A DNA stretch of 32,000 nt from Methanosphaera stadtmanae DSM 3091 (GTDB lineage Archaea; Methanobacteriota; Methanobacteria; Methanobacteriales; Methanobacteriaceae): positions 1,110,001 to 1,142,000 of the forward strand of contig NC_007681.1 of the NCBI RefSeq assembly GCF_000012545.1. Reading direction: 5' to 3'. Below the pieces are notes generated by a model. It worked only from the letters and a program-made list of their open reading frames with translations, was not told the origin of the DNA and ran no database searches. The position numbers and the translations under genes are program-made. This document shows, one piece after another, positions 17,361 through 26,782 of the stretch (positions within the stretch are counted from its first letter, which is position 1; each line of letters starts with the position of its first letter).

Positions 17361-20300
17361 ATGAAAATAAATAACAAAAATCTTTTAATTGGATTCTTGT
17401 TTATATTACTCATAGTTTTAAGTGTTGGATCAGTAACAGCTAAAGATACCAACACCACACTATCTAGTAAAGTAGAACCACAAGACATGAGTACTACTCT
17501 AACAAAAGATAGTGCATTACAAACTAATGATAATAGTTTAAGTAGTATAAAAGAGAAACCTCAATCTAAAATTAAAAATAACCTAACTGAAGTAAATAAT
17601 AAAGTTGTTAAAGTTAAAAATAACACTTTAGAAAATACTCATAAGAATAAAGAAATTAAAAGTATAAAAAAAGAAGATATTCAAGACAATTCATTTAAAA
17701 ATCTTCAAAAACAAATTGATGAAACAGAAAACACATTAACATTAACACATAACTATACTAAAACTGACACAGATAACACGATAATAATAAATAAAACATT
17801 CATATTAAATGGAAATGGATATACAATAAATGCTAAAAATAATAAAGGTATATTTACTATAACAAATAATGCAAAAGTAACACTTAAAAACATAATACTA
17901 GTAAATAGTACAGATAGTGCAATAACAACAGATATTAATACAGATTTAATACTAGAGAACACAACAGCAACAAACAACAAAGCTAAAAATGGTGGAGTAA
18001 TATACAATAAAGGAAATCTATATATTAGCTATTCAACATTTGACAATAACTCTGTAGTAAATTATGGTGGAGTAATCTGTAATAATGGTACAGATAATAC
18101 ATATATAAATATAGAAAATTCATTATTTATGAATAACACTGCTACAACACCTAAAAATGGTGAAGGAGAAGGTGGAGCAATATACACAAAACTCAGTAGC
18201 TTAACTGTTACTAATACAAAATTTATAAATAATACAGCAGCAGTAACAGAAACAAATGGTGGAAATGGAGGAGCAATATGTATTGAAGATACAGCAAATC
18301 CAATAACAATAACTAACTCTAACTTCACAAAAAGTGTTTCAAGATACGGTGCAGCAATACTTGTAAATAATTATCATTCAAGTTGTGATAAATTAGCAGA
18401 AGTAACAATAACTAACTGTAACTTCACAGATAATGAAGGATTACATGGAGCAACATACTTCCTAAACACAACAGTAAATATAGAAGGAACAACATTTAAC
18501 AATAACAGTGCAACATACCTTAGAAGTGATAAACAAAACTCAATGGGTGGAGCAATATGTTTTGATTACAATGCAATATGTAACATAAACAACTCAGTAT
18601 TTACAAACAACTCTGCAGTAGGACGTGGAGGTGCAATAAGTGGAGGAATTTTTGAAGGTAATAGATTAATTGTAAATAACACATTATTTGAAGGAAATTA
18701 TCTCCTAAATAAAACTAAATCCTTTGGAGGAGCAATAGATACATTAGTTAATGCAACAATACTAAACTCTAAATTCATAAATAACACTGCAGTAAATGGA
18801 GGAGCAATAATAAACATAGCAAATATGACAATAGAAAACACAACATTCACAAATAACACTGCAGTAAATAAAGGAGGAGCAATAGCAAACAATTGTACAG
18901 AAAATAACAAAGTAGAAATACATGATTCAACATTTATAGAAAACAGAGTAACAACACAAAAACACAACACTGGCCAAGGTGGAGCAATATACACAAAAAA
19001 TACAGAATTCATATTAAATAACTCTACATTCACAAATAATTCAGTATATTCAACAGAAAATACTGGTGGAGATGGTGGAGCAATATGTATTGAAAATACA
19101 TTAAATAATGTATTAATTTCAAATTCCACATTTATAAATTCATCATCAAGATATGGAGCAGCATTTTCAATAAGTAATTATGGCCTAATAAATGATAACT
19201 TAAAAAATACCACAATTATAAATTGTAATATTAGAAATAATTCTGGTCTTTGTGGTGCAACATACTTTATTACTGCAAATGTTACACTAATAAATACAAC
19301 CTATACAAATAATAATGCTACAACATTAAGAAGTGATAAAACAGATTCTACTGGTGGAGCAATTAACTATGATTATGGAGTAAATTGTACAATACTTAAT
19401 TCCACATTTACAAATAACTCAGCATATGGTAGAGGTGGAGCTATCTATGGAGGAATAACAAATACTAATATTTTAAACATAGAAAATACATTATTTGAAA
19501 ACAACACAGTATTAAATACAACTAACTCTCATGGTGGAGCAATATATGCATCTGAAAATGTTACAATAAATAATTCCACATTTACAAACAACAAAGCACA
19601 TTATGGTGGAGCAATATACACTGAAGATACATTAACATTATCTAATTCAACAATCACCAATTCCACAAATGCTGTAGAATTTAAAAATAGTAATATAACC
19701 AATAACACCTACTCAAATACCAACATAACAACCACAATAACTACCTCAGAGATACCAGAAATCATGATTATAGATGATAAATTAGATATAATAATCAATA
19801 TAAAAGCTGAGGACAAATATAACACAACCATAAATACTGGAGTAATTGAAGTATATCAAAATAATGTATTAATTGATACAATAGCAGTAGTTAATGGTAG
19901 TGCTACATATAAATACACTGCAGTAAATAAAAAAGAAGAAGTAACATTTAGATATGTAGATGAAACTTCAGCATTTACACAAAATAGTATAACTAAAACC
20001 ATAAATGCACGTCAATTAGATGTACATATAACAGTAGATCCTATTGAAACAAAATATGTGGGCGAAACTATTACAATAAAAGCTACTATAAAAGATGAAA
20101 ACGATGATTTACTTGATGGTTCTGTTATAATAAAAATTGGTAATGATACTGTCAATACCAATGTTGTTAATGGTATAGTTAACTATAACTACACACTAAA
20201 ACAAGCAGGAACATATAACATAACAGTAAGTTATCTTGGCACATCAAGATACACTAGTGCTGAAGAATCAATACCAATAACTGTAACAAAACTAAATACA

Positions 20301-21296
20301 AAAATAACAACAAATATCCCTAATACTGTTAAAGCACTACAAAACATTACAATAAATGCAACATTAAAAGATTCTAATGATAATATACTAATTAACAAAG
20401 ATATAATTCTAAAAATCAATGGTAAAACTATAACAACACTACAAACAGATGCTAATGGAAATATAACATACAACTATACAACTAAAAACATGGGATTATA
20501 CAATATAAATCTCATATATATAGGAAGTGATGTATATATAGCTACAAATACAAGTAACATTGTAAGTGTAGAAAGTCTTAAAACATCCATTATCCTAAAT
20601 AACATCACAACAAAATACAATGATACAACAACAATAGTGGTTGGAGTTATTGATGAATTTGGAAATGATGTAAATGGTGGAAAAGTAATTGTAAAAATCA
20701 ATGGAAAAACATTGAAAGACACAGATGGAAACATAATCTTTGCATATGTAACAAATGGTACTGCTAAAATTACAACAACACTCTCAATGAAACCAAAAAC
20801 ATACAATATAACTGCAGTATATGGTGGAAAATCATATTATGAATCAGCTAGAACAAATAATTCAACATTAATTATTACAAAACGTGATGCAGTAGTTTCA
20901 TTTGAGGACATACCACAACCAGAAGCAGGAAGTGATGTTGAAATAAAAGTGAAAGTAGTTGATGCTGATGCAGATACATTAGTAAATACAGGATGTGTAA
21001 TACTTAAACTCAATGGTAAAACACTAAAAGACACAGATGGACAAATCATATATACAAATGTAATAAATGGTACTGCAGTTGTAAAATACAACATACCAAG
21101 TAATTTCAAAGCAAAAGAATACAAATTAACAGCAGTATTTGCTAATAATGTATATAACAGAGCAGAAGCAAATTCTACCCTAACTATTATTAAAGCAAGT
21201 AATAATACAAATACAACACAAAATTCAGATAATACAATAAAAACAGTAAAACAATACAATATAAATCCAAAAAAAGAATATATAGTGAAGACCTAA
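17361..21296 (+). CDS. Giant secreted 'adhesin-like' protein: signal peptide, Pmp-type (GGAI / FxxN) parallel beta-helix repeats, 5 Ig-like repeats
   Basis: Signal peptide MKINNKNLLIGFLFILLIVLSVGSVTA|KD. There are tens of GGA[IV] and F.NN[ST]A motifs, as in polymorphic-membrane-protein beta-helices. The C-terminal repeats carry K[IL]NGKT..D..G.I....V.NGTA. Confidence 0.9.
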   Translation: MKINNKNLLIGFLFILLIVLSVGSVTAKDTNTTLSSKVEPQDMSTTLTKDSALQTNDNSLSSIKEKPQSKIKNNLTEVNNKVVKVKNNTLENTHKNKEIKSIKKEDIQDNSFKNLQKQIDETENTLTLTHNYTKTDTDNTIIINKTFILNGNGYTINAKNNKGIFTITNNAKVTLKNIILVNSTDSAITTDINTDLILENTTATNNKAKNGGVIYNKGNLYISYSTFDNNSVVNYGGVICNNGTDNTYINIENSLFMNNTATTPKNGEGEGGAIYTKLSSLTVTNTKFINNTAAVTETNGGNGGAICIEDTANPITITNSNFTKSVSRYGAAILVNNYHSSCDKLAEVTITNCNFTDNEGLHGATYFLNTTVNIEGTTFNNNSATYLRSDKQNSMGGAICFDYNAICNINNSVFTNNSAVGRGGAISGGIFEGNRLIVNNTLFEGNYLLNKTKSFGGAIDTLVNATILNSKFINNTAVNGGAIINIANMTIENTTFTNNTAVNKGGAIANNCTENNKVEIHDSTFIENRVTTQKHNTGQGGAIYTKNTEFILNNSTFTNNSVYSTENTGGDGGAICIENTLNNVLISNSTFINSSSRYGAAFSISNYGLINDNLKNTTIINCNIRNNSGLCGATYFITANVTLINTTYTNNNATTLRSDKTDSTGGAINYDYGVNCTILNSTFTNNSAYGRGGAIYGGITNTNILNIENTLFENNTVLNTTNSHGGAIYASENVTINNSTFTNNKAHYGGAIYTEDTLTLSNSTITNSTNAVEFKNSNITNNTYSNTNITTTITTSEIPEIMIIDDKLDIIINIKAEDKYNTTINTGVIEVYQNNVLIDTIAVVNGSATYKYTAVNKKEEVTFRYVDETSAFTQNSITKTINARQLDVHITVDPIETKYVGETITIKATIKDENDDLLDGSVIIKIGNDTVNTNVVNGIVNYNYTLKQAGTYNITVSYLGTSRYTSAEESIPITVTKLNTKITTNIPNTVKALQNITINATLKDSNDNILINKDIILKINGKTITTLQTDANGNITYNYTTKNMGLYNINLIYIGSDVYIATNTSNIVSVESLKTSIILNNITTKYNDTTTIVVGVIDEFGNDVNGGKVIVKINGKTLKDTDGNIIFAYVTNGTAKITTTLSMKPKTYNITAVYGGKSYYESARTNNSTLIITKRDAVVSFEDIPQPEAGSDVEIKVKVVDADADTLVNTGCVILKLNGKTLKDTDGQIIYTNVINGTAVVKYNIPSNFKAKEYKLTAVFANNVYNRAEANSTLTIIKASNNTNTTQNSDNTIKTVKQYNINPKKEYIVKT
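17991..19604 (+). repeat. In-frame tandem duplication, 2 x 807 nt (269 codons), inside the beta-helix region
   Basis: Landmarks recur at exactly +807 nt. GGVI/GGAI codons: 17991, 18798, 19605. The 21-mer GGTGGAGCAATATACACAAAA: 18171 and 18978. GCAATATGTATTGAA: 18273 and 19080. G[RG]GGAI.GG: 18621 and 19428. Confidence 0.85.
19729..21196 (+). repeat. Five tandem Ig-like coding repeats (about 93-104 codons each)
   Basis: Unit boundaries are at about 20013, 20292, 20577 and 20884. The last two units are 312 nt apart (AAAGACACAGATGG at 20715 and 21027). Confidence 0.7.
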
Positions 21297-21315
21297 CTCT
21301 TCACTACCTTTTTTT
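21285..21315 (+). terminator. Hairpin GTGAAGA-CCTAAC-TCTTCAC followed by T7, spanning the adhesin stop codon
   Basis: Perfect 7-bp stem (21285-21291 / 21298-21304), then TACC and T7 (21309-21315). Confidence 0.5.
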
Positions 21316-21617
21316 ATAATAAACTATTAATACAGGTTTAATACTCTTTTTCAATTGTTAAATCTAATTTAGAGCTATTTTTTTATGTAAAAACTTGAAT
21401 AAGATAGATTTAAATCATGATATTTAATTCAAGCCAATATTTTTAATCAATATTTTTTTATAAATAAATTCATCAGTGTTTTATGTAACTTTTTTTAATA
21501 AAAGATAATATTTGTATATCATTAAAAATAGATGTATATATTATATTGAAGTTTTAGAATAACTAATTTTAAATTTTCTTTTTATAACAAACAAATACTT
21601 TAGAGGTTAATATTAAA

Positions 21618-24164
21618 ATGGTTTTAACAGAATTATTAGCACCTGCAGGTTCTTATGATATTCTCGTTGTTGCTATTAATGCAGGAGCTGATGCAGTGTA
21701 TATTGCAGGACATAGATATGGTGCTAGAGCTTTTGCTCATAATTTTACATCAGAAGAACTGGAAAAAGCAGTAGAATATGCTCATTTAAATGGATCATCA
21801 ATACATGTTACTGTAAATACATTGTTTAATACAAAAGAGATTTTGGATGTTCTTAAATATGTTCAATTCTTATATCGTATAGGTGTAGATGCAGTTATTG
21901 TTCAAGATATTGGTCTTGTATATTTAATTCATAAATTCATTCCAGACATGGAAATACATTCATCTACTCAAATGACTCTACGTGATTATACTAGTCTTCT
22001 ATGGGCTAAGGATGAGGGAGTCAGTAGAGTTATTTTACCACGTGAGATGGAAATTGATGAAATAAAAACTATTTCAGATAAATTAGAAAAAGATAAAATA
22101 GATCTTGATTTAGAAGTTTTTGGTCATGGATCTCTTTGTTATTGTATTTCTGGTGACTGTTATATGTCTTCATTTATCTCTGGAAGAAGTGCTAATAGAG
22201 GTGCATGTGCTCAGCCATGTAGATCTAATTATAAACTTAGATACAATAATCATAGTATAAGCCATGGATGTTTAATATCTACCCATGATCTTGCCACATA
22301 TAAAGATGTTAAATCAATTTCTGATGCAGGAATTATGTCATTGAAGATTGAAGGAAGATTAAAGTCTGAGGATTATGTTGCTACTGTTGTAAATGCATAT
22401 AGAACCATGATTGATAATATGAATAATGATACTACAGAAATTGCAGCTAAATTAGAGAAGGATTTAGATTTAACATTTAATAGATATTATACTAATGGAT
22501 ATATTTTACATGATACTCCAGGAGAAGTTATGGGAAGAGAAAGTTCATTCCATCAAGGATTATACTTAGGTAAAATCAAATCTATTGAAGGTGAAGAAGT
22601 AGATATTGAATTTGAAAATAAAAACCATCCAACACTTCAAAATGGTGATGGTATAGGATTTAAGCATAACAATCATATACGTGGTATTTATCTTGATACT
22701 ATTGTTAAACAAGATGAGAATCATATTCTTATAAAAACTACACGTGATATTCGTGTTGGATCTGAGGTATATATAAGTTATTCTAAGGCACTTCATGATA
22801 AACAGAAAAAATATAAGAAAGAGCAGATAAAGCCACATATTCCAATATCATTTGATATTTCAGTTAATAAGAATATGAATTTAACTGTAAATGTTAGTTT
22901 CAAAGTCAATAGTGATGTTATTAGTTTTGGTTATAAATCCAATAGTGAACTTGTTGAGGCTATTAATAAACCATTAACTAATGATCTTATCATTGAACAA
23001 ATGTCTAAATCTGGTGAAACTCCATTTATTGCCAATAATGTTCGTGTAACTAATTTACCTGAAAATGTGTTTATGCCTATTGGTAAGTTAAATAAGATAC
23101 GAAGAAAAGTATTGGATAAGGCTTCTGAAAAATTATTAGAATATTATATTCCAAATAAAAATAAATCAGAGGAAATACGTAAAAATATCAAGAAATACAC
23201 CAAAGACTGTAAAAATAATGAACATGGTATAAAACCTGCTAATTATGTTGGACTTAATGTATATGTTGATAACATAGATTTACTAACTATCGCAAATAGA
23301 AATCCATTAAATAGAATATACTTTGATGCATCATTTATCTATGATAATAAAAAAGAATATTTTGATAATATTGAAGATATATTAAGAGAAGCTTCTTCAA
23401 TTACTGTGGATAAGGAACTTGTATGGGTATTATCTGCATTTACATCAGATGAAGATTTAGAAAAAATAGTGAAAATATATTCAAATCTTAAAAATGATGG
23501 AATAAAACTTTCAATAATGGGTGATTCACCATCACTTACACGTATATTCCCAGATACTAATGTTTATGGAGCACATAACCTTAACATATGGAACAACTAC
23601 AGTGTTGCAATGCTTAATAAAAATAACTTTAAAGGTGCAACAATTTCAAGTGAATTATCAGAAGAAGAAATTAGTCAACTTCTTAGAAAATCAAAACAAT
23701 ACAATACTAAACTTGAATTGATAGTTCAAGGAAATCAGGAAATCATGGTATCTAAAGATGATTTCACAAATCTTAATGGAAACTTTGATTTGGATATTAA
23801 AACTGATGAGTATGTTGTATTAGATGATAAGGCAAATAAGGCTAAATTTAAGATATACTTTGATTATAATAAACAAAGTCACTTCTTTAACAATGACATG
23901 TTATGTTTAATTGATGAAATTGATAAGATTAAGCAAATGGGTATTGAAAATATTACTCTTGATTGTAGATTTACAAAGGAAAAATACACCTCCAAAGTAA
24001 TTTCATTGTATATTCAAAGACTAAGAGAGAATAATCCTAAAAGAAAGTATTCTGAAAGTATAGACAATATTTCCTATTCAAAATTAAATAAAGGAAACTT
24101 CCTAAATTCAAGAATATTAGAAGATAAAAAAAGTAAAAGGAAAATTAGAAATAATAGAAAGTAA
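21618..24164 (+). CDS. Long-form U32-family protein (annotated family 'peptidase U32'; probable Fe-S enzyme)
   Basis: N-terminal ELLAPAGS...AGADAVYIAG..YGARAFA.NF, then HSSTQM, LPRE and KIEGR motifs of the U32 family. Cys motif C-x6-C-x15-C-x3-C at 22137-22220. The C-terminal half contains a second U32-like segment (ISSELSEEEI...LELIVQGNQEIMVSKD). RBS GAGGT. Confidence 0.85.
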   Translation: MVLTELLAPAGSYDILVVAINAGADAVYIAGHRYGARAFAHNFTSEELEKAVEYAHLNGSSIHVTVNTLFNTKEILDVLKYVQFLYRIGVDAVIVQDIGLVYLIHKFIPDMEIHSSTQMTLRDYTSLLWAKDEGVSRVILPREMEIDEIKTISDKLEKDKIDLDLEVFGHGSLCYCISGDCYMSSFISGRSANRGACAQPCRSNYKLRYNNHSISHGCLISTHDLATYKDVKSISDAGIMSLKIEGRLKSEDYVATVVNAYRTMIDNMNNDTTEIAAKLEKDLDLTFNRYYTNGYILHDTPGEVMGRESSFHQGLYLGKIKSIEGEEVDIEFENKNHPTLQNGDGIGFKHNNHIRGIYLDTIVKQDENHILIKTTRDIRVGSEVYISYSKALHDKQKKYKKEQIKPHIPISFDISVNKNMNLTVNVSFKVNSDVISFGYKSNSELVEAINKPLTNDLIIEQMSKSGETPFIANNVRVTNLPENVFMPIGKLNKIRRKVLDKASEKLLEYYIPNKNKSEEIRKNIKKYTKDCKNNEHGIKPANYVGLNVYVDNIDLLTIANRNPLNRIYFDASFIYDNKKEYFDNIEDILREASSITVDKELVWVLSAFTSDEDLEKIVKIYSNLKNDGIKLSIMGDSPSLTRIFPDTNVYGAHNLNIWNNYSVAMLNKNNFKGATISSELSEEEISQLLRKSKQYNTKLELIVQGNQEIMVSKDDFTNLNGNFDLDIKTDEYVVLDDKANKAKFKIYFDYNKQSHFFNNDMLCLIDEIDKIKQMGIENITLDCRFTKEKYTSKVISLYIQRLRENNPKRKYSESIDNISYSKLNKGNFLNSRILEDKKSKRKIRNNRK

Positions 24165-24176
24165 AACTCTCTTTTT

Positions 24177-24653
24177 CTATACTATTTTTTTATATAATAA
24201 AATAACATTTCTTTTATTAAAATTAAGGATAGTGGATTTTTTATAGAAATCAAATCCCTTATTTATAAAGAAAGGTATTGTGTCTATGAATGAATTTACT
24301 ATTAGATATTTATATTGTGGTCTATCTCGTCTTATAGACACTATAATATCTTTTAAAACAGAAGAAGCGATTCCGTGTGATCTATAATCTTTATAAATAT
24401 ATATACACACTAATTTTAATGATTTTATTTTAAAATTATCCATATCTTCAAAAGCAGATACTTTTATTGTGAAAAATCCAATAATATCATAATTATATAC
24501 TATTATATATGTCTCACTTCCAACTTCTTCTATTTCAGATGCAATAGATTTAGTTAACATTTTAGATAATGAATTGTGTCTTGTTTGTAATAGATTAAAT
24601 TCTCGCTCTTGTGTTATTTTTTTATAATGATATTTTTCTAGAATGTTTTTCAT
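24177..24653 (-). CDS. GNAT-family N-acetyltransferase
   Basis: 158 aa. IYIYKDYRSHGIASSVLKDII is the acetyl-CoA motif A (R/Q-x-x-G-x-A/G). C-terminal FFINKGF matches the GNAT beta-bulge region. Confidence 0.7.
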   Translation of the reverse strand: MKNILEKYHYKKITQEREFNLLQTRHNSLSKMLTKSIASEIEEVGSETYIIVYNYDIIGFFTIKVSAFEDMDNFKIKSLKLVCIYIYKDYRSHGIASSVLKDIIVSIRRDRPQYKYLIVNSFIDTIPFFINKGFDFYKKSTILNFNKRNVILLYKKIV

Positions 24654-24924
24654 AATTCTTGTTTTTATTTTTGAGAATGAATATTATCAAAAACCTCCAA
24701 ATATAATACTTAAATAATAATTATATTAAAAATAATATATAAAATTAACATTAATTTAAATCAATGTTTAAATAATAGACCATATTATTAAATATAATTA
24801 AAATATTTGAAAACTAAAATAAAAAAATAAATCAAAATTGTAAATATAGAAAAGTTTTTATTTAATCCAATAGATAAATATTAGAGTAAAAGACTTTATA
24901 AAAAAAATTTTATAAAATCAAAGT

Positions 24925-24954
24925 AATACTTCCACTATAAAAACAGGAAGTATT
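24925..24954. promoter_or_regulatory. Inverted repeat AATACTTCC-N12-GGAAGTATT in the purA promoter/leader
   Basis: Perfect 9-bp arms (24925-24933 / 24946-24954). The spacer contains CTATAAAAA. TATA-like TTTATAAA boxes lie at 24909-24916 and about 24894. The RBS AGGAG is at 24972-24976 and the ATG at 24986. Confidence 0.35.
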
Positions 24955-24985
24955 GGAAATTATTATTTAAAAGGAGATACAATTC

Positions 24986-26011
24986 ATGACATGTACCATA
25001 TTAGTTGGTGGACAATGGGGTGACGAAGGTAAAGGAAAATGTATAACATACTTTTGTACCCAAGATAAACCTGAAATTATTGCTAGAGCAGGAGTAGGTC
25101 CAAATGCTGGACACTCAGTAGAATTTAATGGTGAAAAATACGGTTTAAGATTAACACCATCAGGTTTTTTCAATAAAGAAGCAAGATTATTAATTGGTGC
25201 TGGAGTTTTAGTAAATCCAGAAGTATTTGAACACGAATTAGAATACCTTAGCAAATATGCAGTTGAAGGTAGAACATTCATGGACGCAAACTGTGCAATA
25301 ATCACAGACAAACACACAAAACAGGATAAAGATTCAGCATATTTATCTAAAAAAATAGGAACAACTGGAAGTGGATGTGGACCTGCAAATGCAGATAGAA
25401 TAAACAGGACAATAGACTATGCAAAAGATGTACCAGAACTAGAAAAATACATTACAGATGTACCTTCAGAAATAAACAAGGCAATTGATGAAGGTAAAGA
25501 TGTATTTATTGAAGGATCACAAGGATTTGGATTATCATTATACTATGGAACATACCCCTATGTAACAAGTAAAGATACATGTGCAAGTACTGCGGCAGCA
25601 GATGTAGGTGTAGGACCAACAAAAGTAGATGAAGTAATAGTAATATTTAAGTCATACATTACAAGAGTAGGTGAAGGACCATTCCCAACAGAAATTTCAC
25701 CAGAAGAAGCTGAAAAAATGGGAATAGAAGAATATGGTGTAGTAACAGGTCGTAAAAGAAGAGTAGGATTATTTGATAAAGACTTTGCAAAAAGATCATG
25801 TATGATAAATGGTGCTACACAAATAGCTCTAACATGTATTGATAGATTATATCCAGAATGTGCTAAAGTAAATAAATATGAAGATTTATCACAGGAAGCT
25901 AGAGATTATATTGAAGATATTGAAGAAAATGTTGGTGTTCCAATTACTATCATATCCACAGGTCCTGATCTTGCAGATACAATTGATTTAAGAAATGAAA
26001 AATTAAATTAA
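24986..26011 (+). CDS. purA: Adenylosuccinate synthetase (short archaeal form)
   Basis: [12 protein letters not shown]-loop, [28 protein letters not shown]. The 341-aa length fits the short archaeal subtype. Confidence 0.92.
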   Translation: MTCTILVGGQWGDEGKGKCITYFCTQDKPEIIARAGVGPNAGHSVEFNGEKYGLRLTPSGFFNKEARLLIGAGVLVNPEVFEHELEYLSKYAVEGRTFMDANCAIITDKHTKQDKDSAYLSKKIGTTGSGCGPANADRINRTIDYAKDVPELEKYITDVPSEINKAIDEGKDVFIEGSQGFGLSLYYGTYPYVTSKDTCASTAAADVGVGPTKVDEVIVIFKSYITRVGEGPFPTEISPEEAEKMGIEEYGVVTGRKRRVGLFDKDFAKRSCMINGATQIALTCIDRLYPECAKVNKYEDLSQEARDYIEDIEENVGVPITIISTGPDLADTIDLRNEKLN

Positions 26012-26021
26012 TCTCCTTTAC

Positions 26022-26037
26022 TTTTTTTTAAAAAAAA
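26022..26037. terminator. T8-A8 tract 11 nt after the purA stop (oligo-T on both strands)
   Basis: CTTTTTTTTAAAAAAAAT. T8 at 26022-29 and A8 at 26030-37. Confidence 0.45.
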
Positions 26038-26376
26038 TATTTTATTAATATTTAATTATTTAGATGAATATTTCTTAATTAACTAATTCTTTTGATTTAT
26101 TTTTATTATAATTTATAATTATACTCCCATCATTTTTTTTATTTTTTTTTTGTTAAAAATAGTTTTTTATAACATAAACCACACAATAAACGAAAAAAAC
26201 TATTAAAACAACCTTATAACAACTAATTTAACAATAACCCCTCAAAAAACATGTACTTTTTCCTAAACAAAACAGGAATTATTCAATTTTTGACAGACGG
26301 CGTATAATAAAATATTAATAGTACTTAAGATAAATAAAAGAATAATTAAATAATTGAAAATAGGAGGAAAAAATTT

Positions 26377-26649
26377 ATGAAGAATATATATTTAGCAGCA
26401 ATTCTTTCATTATTTATACCAGGTTTAGGTGTAGCTTATCTTGGATTATATAAAAGATTTCTTGTTTCATTTGTAATATATTGTGTTCTTTCCATTATTG
26501 TATCAACCATTCTAGGATTTTCAATAAGTTATTACATAATAACAATTATTATAGCATTATTCTTTGCATACGATGCATATACATGTACTGAAGCAATAAA
26601 TAATAATACACAAATACCATTGTTATTTACAAAATTAGACATACAATAA
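26377..26649 (+). CDS. Small integral membrane protein (90 aa, 2-3 TM)
   Basis: Strong RBS AGGAGG 8 nt upstream. Hydrophobic helices. The SLFIPGLGVAYLG motif resembles a motif recurrent in small membrane proteins of unknown function. Confidence 0.6.
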   Translation: MKNIYLAAILSLFIPGLGVAYLGLYKRFLVSFVIYCVLSIIVSTILGFSISYYIITIIIALFFAYDAYTCTEAINNNTQIPLLFTKLDIQ

Positions 26650-26782
26650 ATTCAAGAGAATATATTATATATAACTATGTAATGTATTCATTATATTACT
26701 TTTTTTTATAAAAACTATTTTTTTTAAAGATTTGACTATAATATAACTTTTAATTAAAAAAAAGGGTTATAGAGAATTATTT

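Noticed and set aside
13079-21259. Many 60-143-aa ORFs antisense to the two adhesin genes (13079-13411, 13859-14041, 14396-14707, 17753-18007, 18062-18328, 18698-19129, 20231-20473, 20474-20806, 20837-21259).
   Set aside because: They are F/I/V/L/S-rich low-complexity translations. Some contain repeated IAPP, which is the reverse complement of the sense GGAI repeats. They lie wholly inside a far longer, motif-rich sense ORF. The sense strand's A/C-rich codon bias removes antisense stop codons. These are shadow ORFs.
24154-24180. Inverted repeat ATAGAAA-N13-TTTCTAT spanning the 12-nt gap between the convergent U32 and GNAT stops, as a bidirectional terminator.
   Set aside because: The 7-bp stem is almost pure A/T with a 13-nt loop, so it is thermodynamically weak. 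Such a repeat is expected by chance at this base composition.
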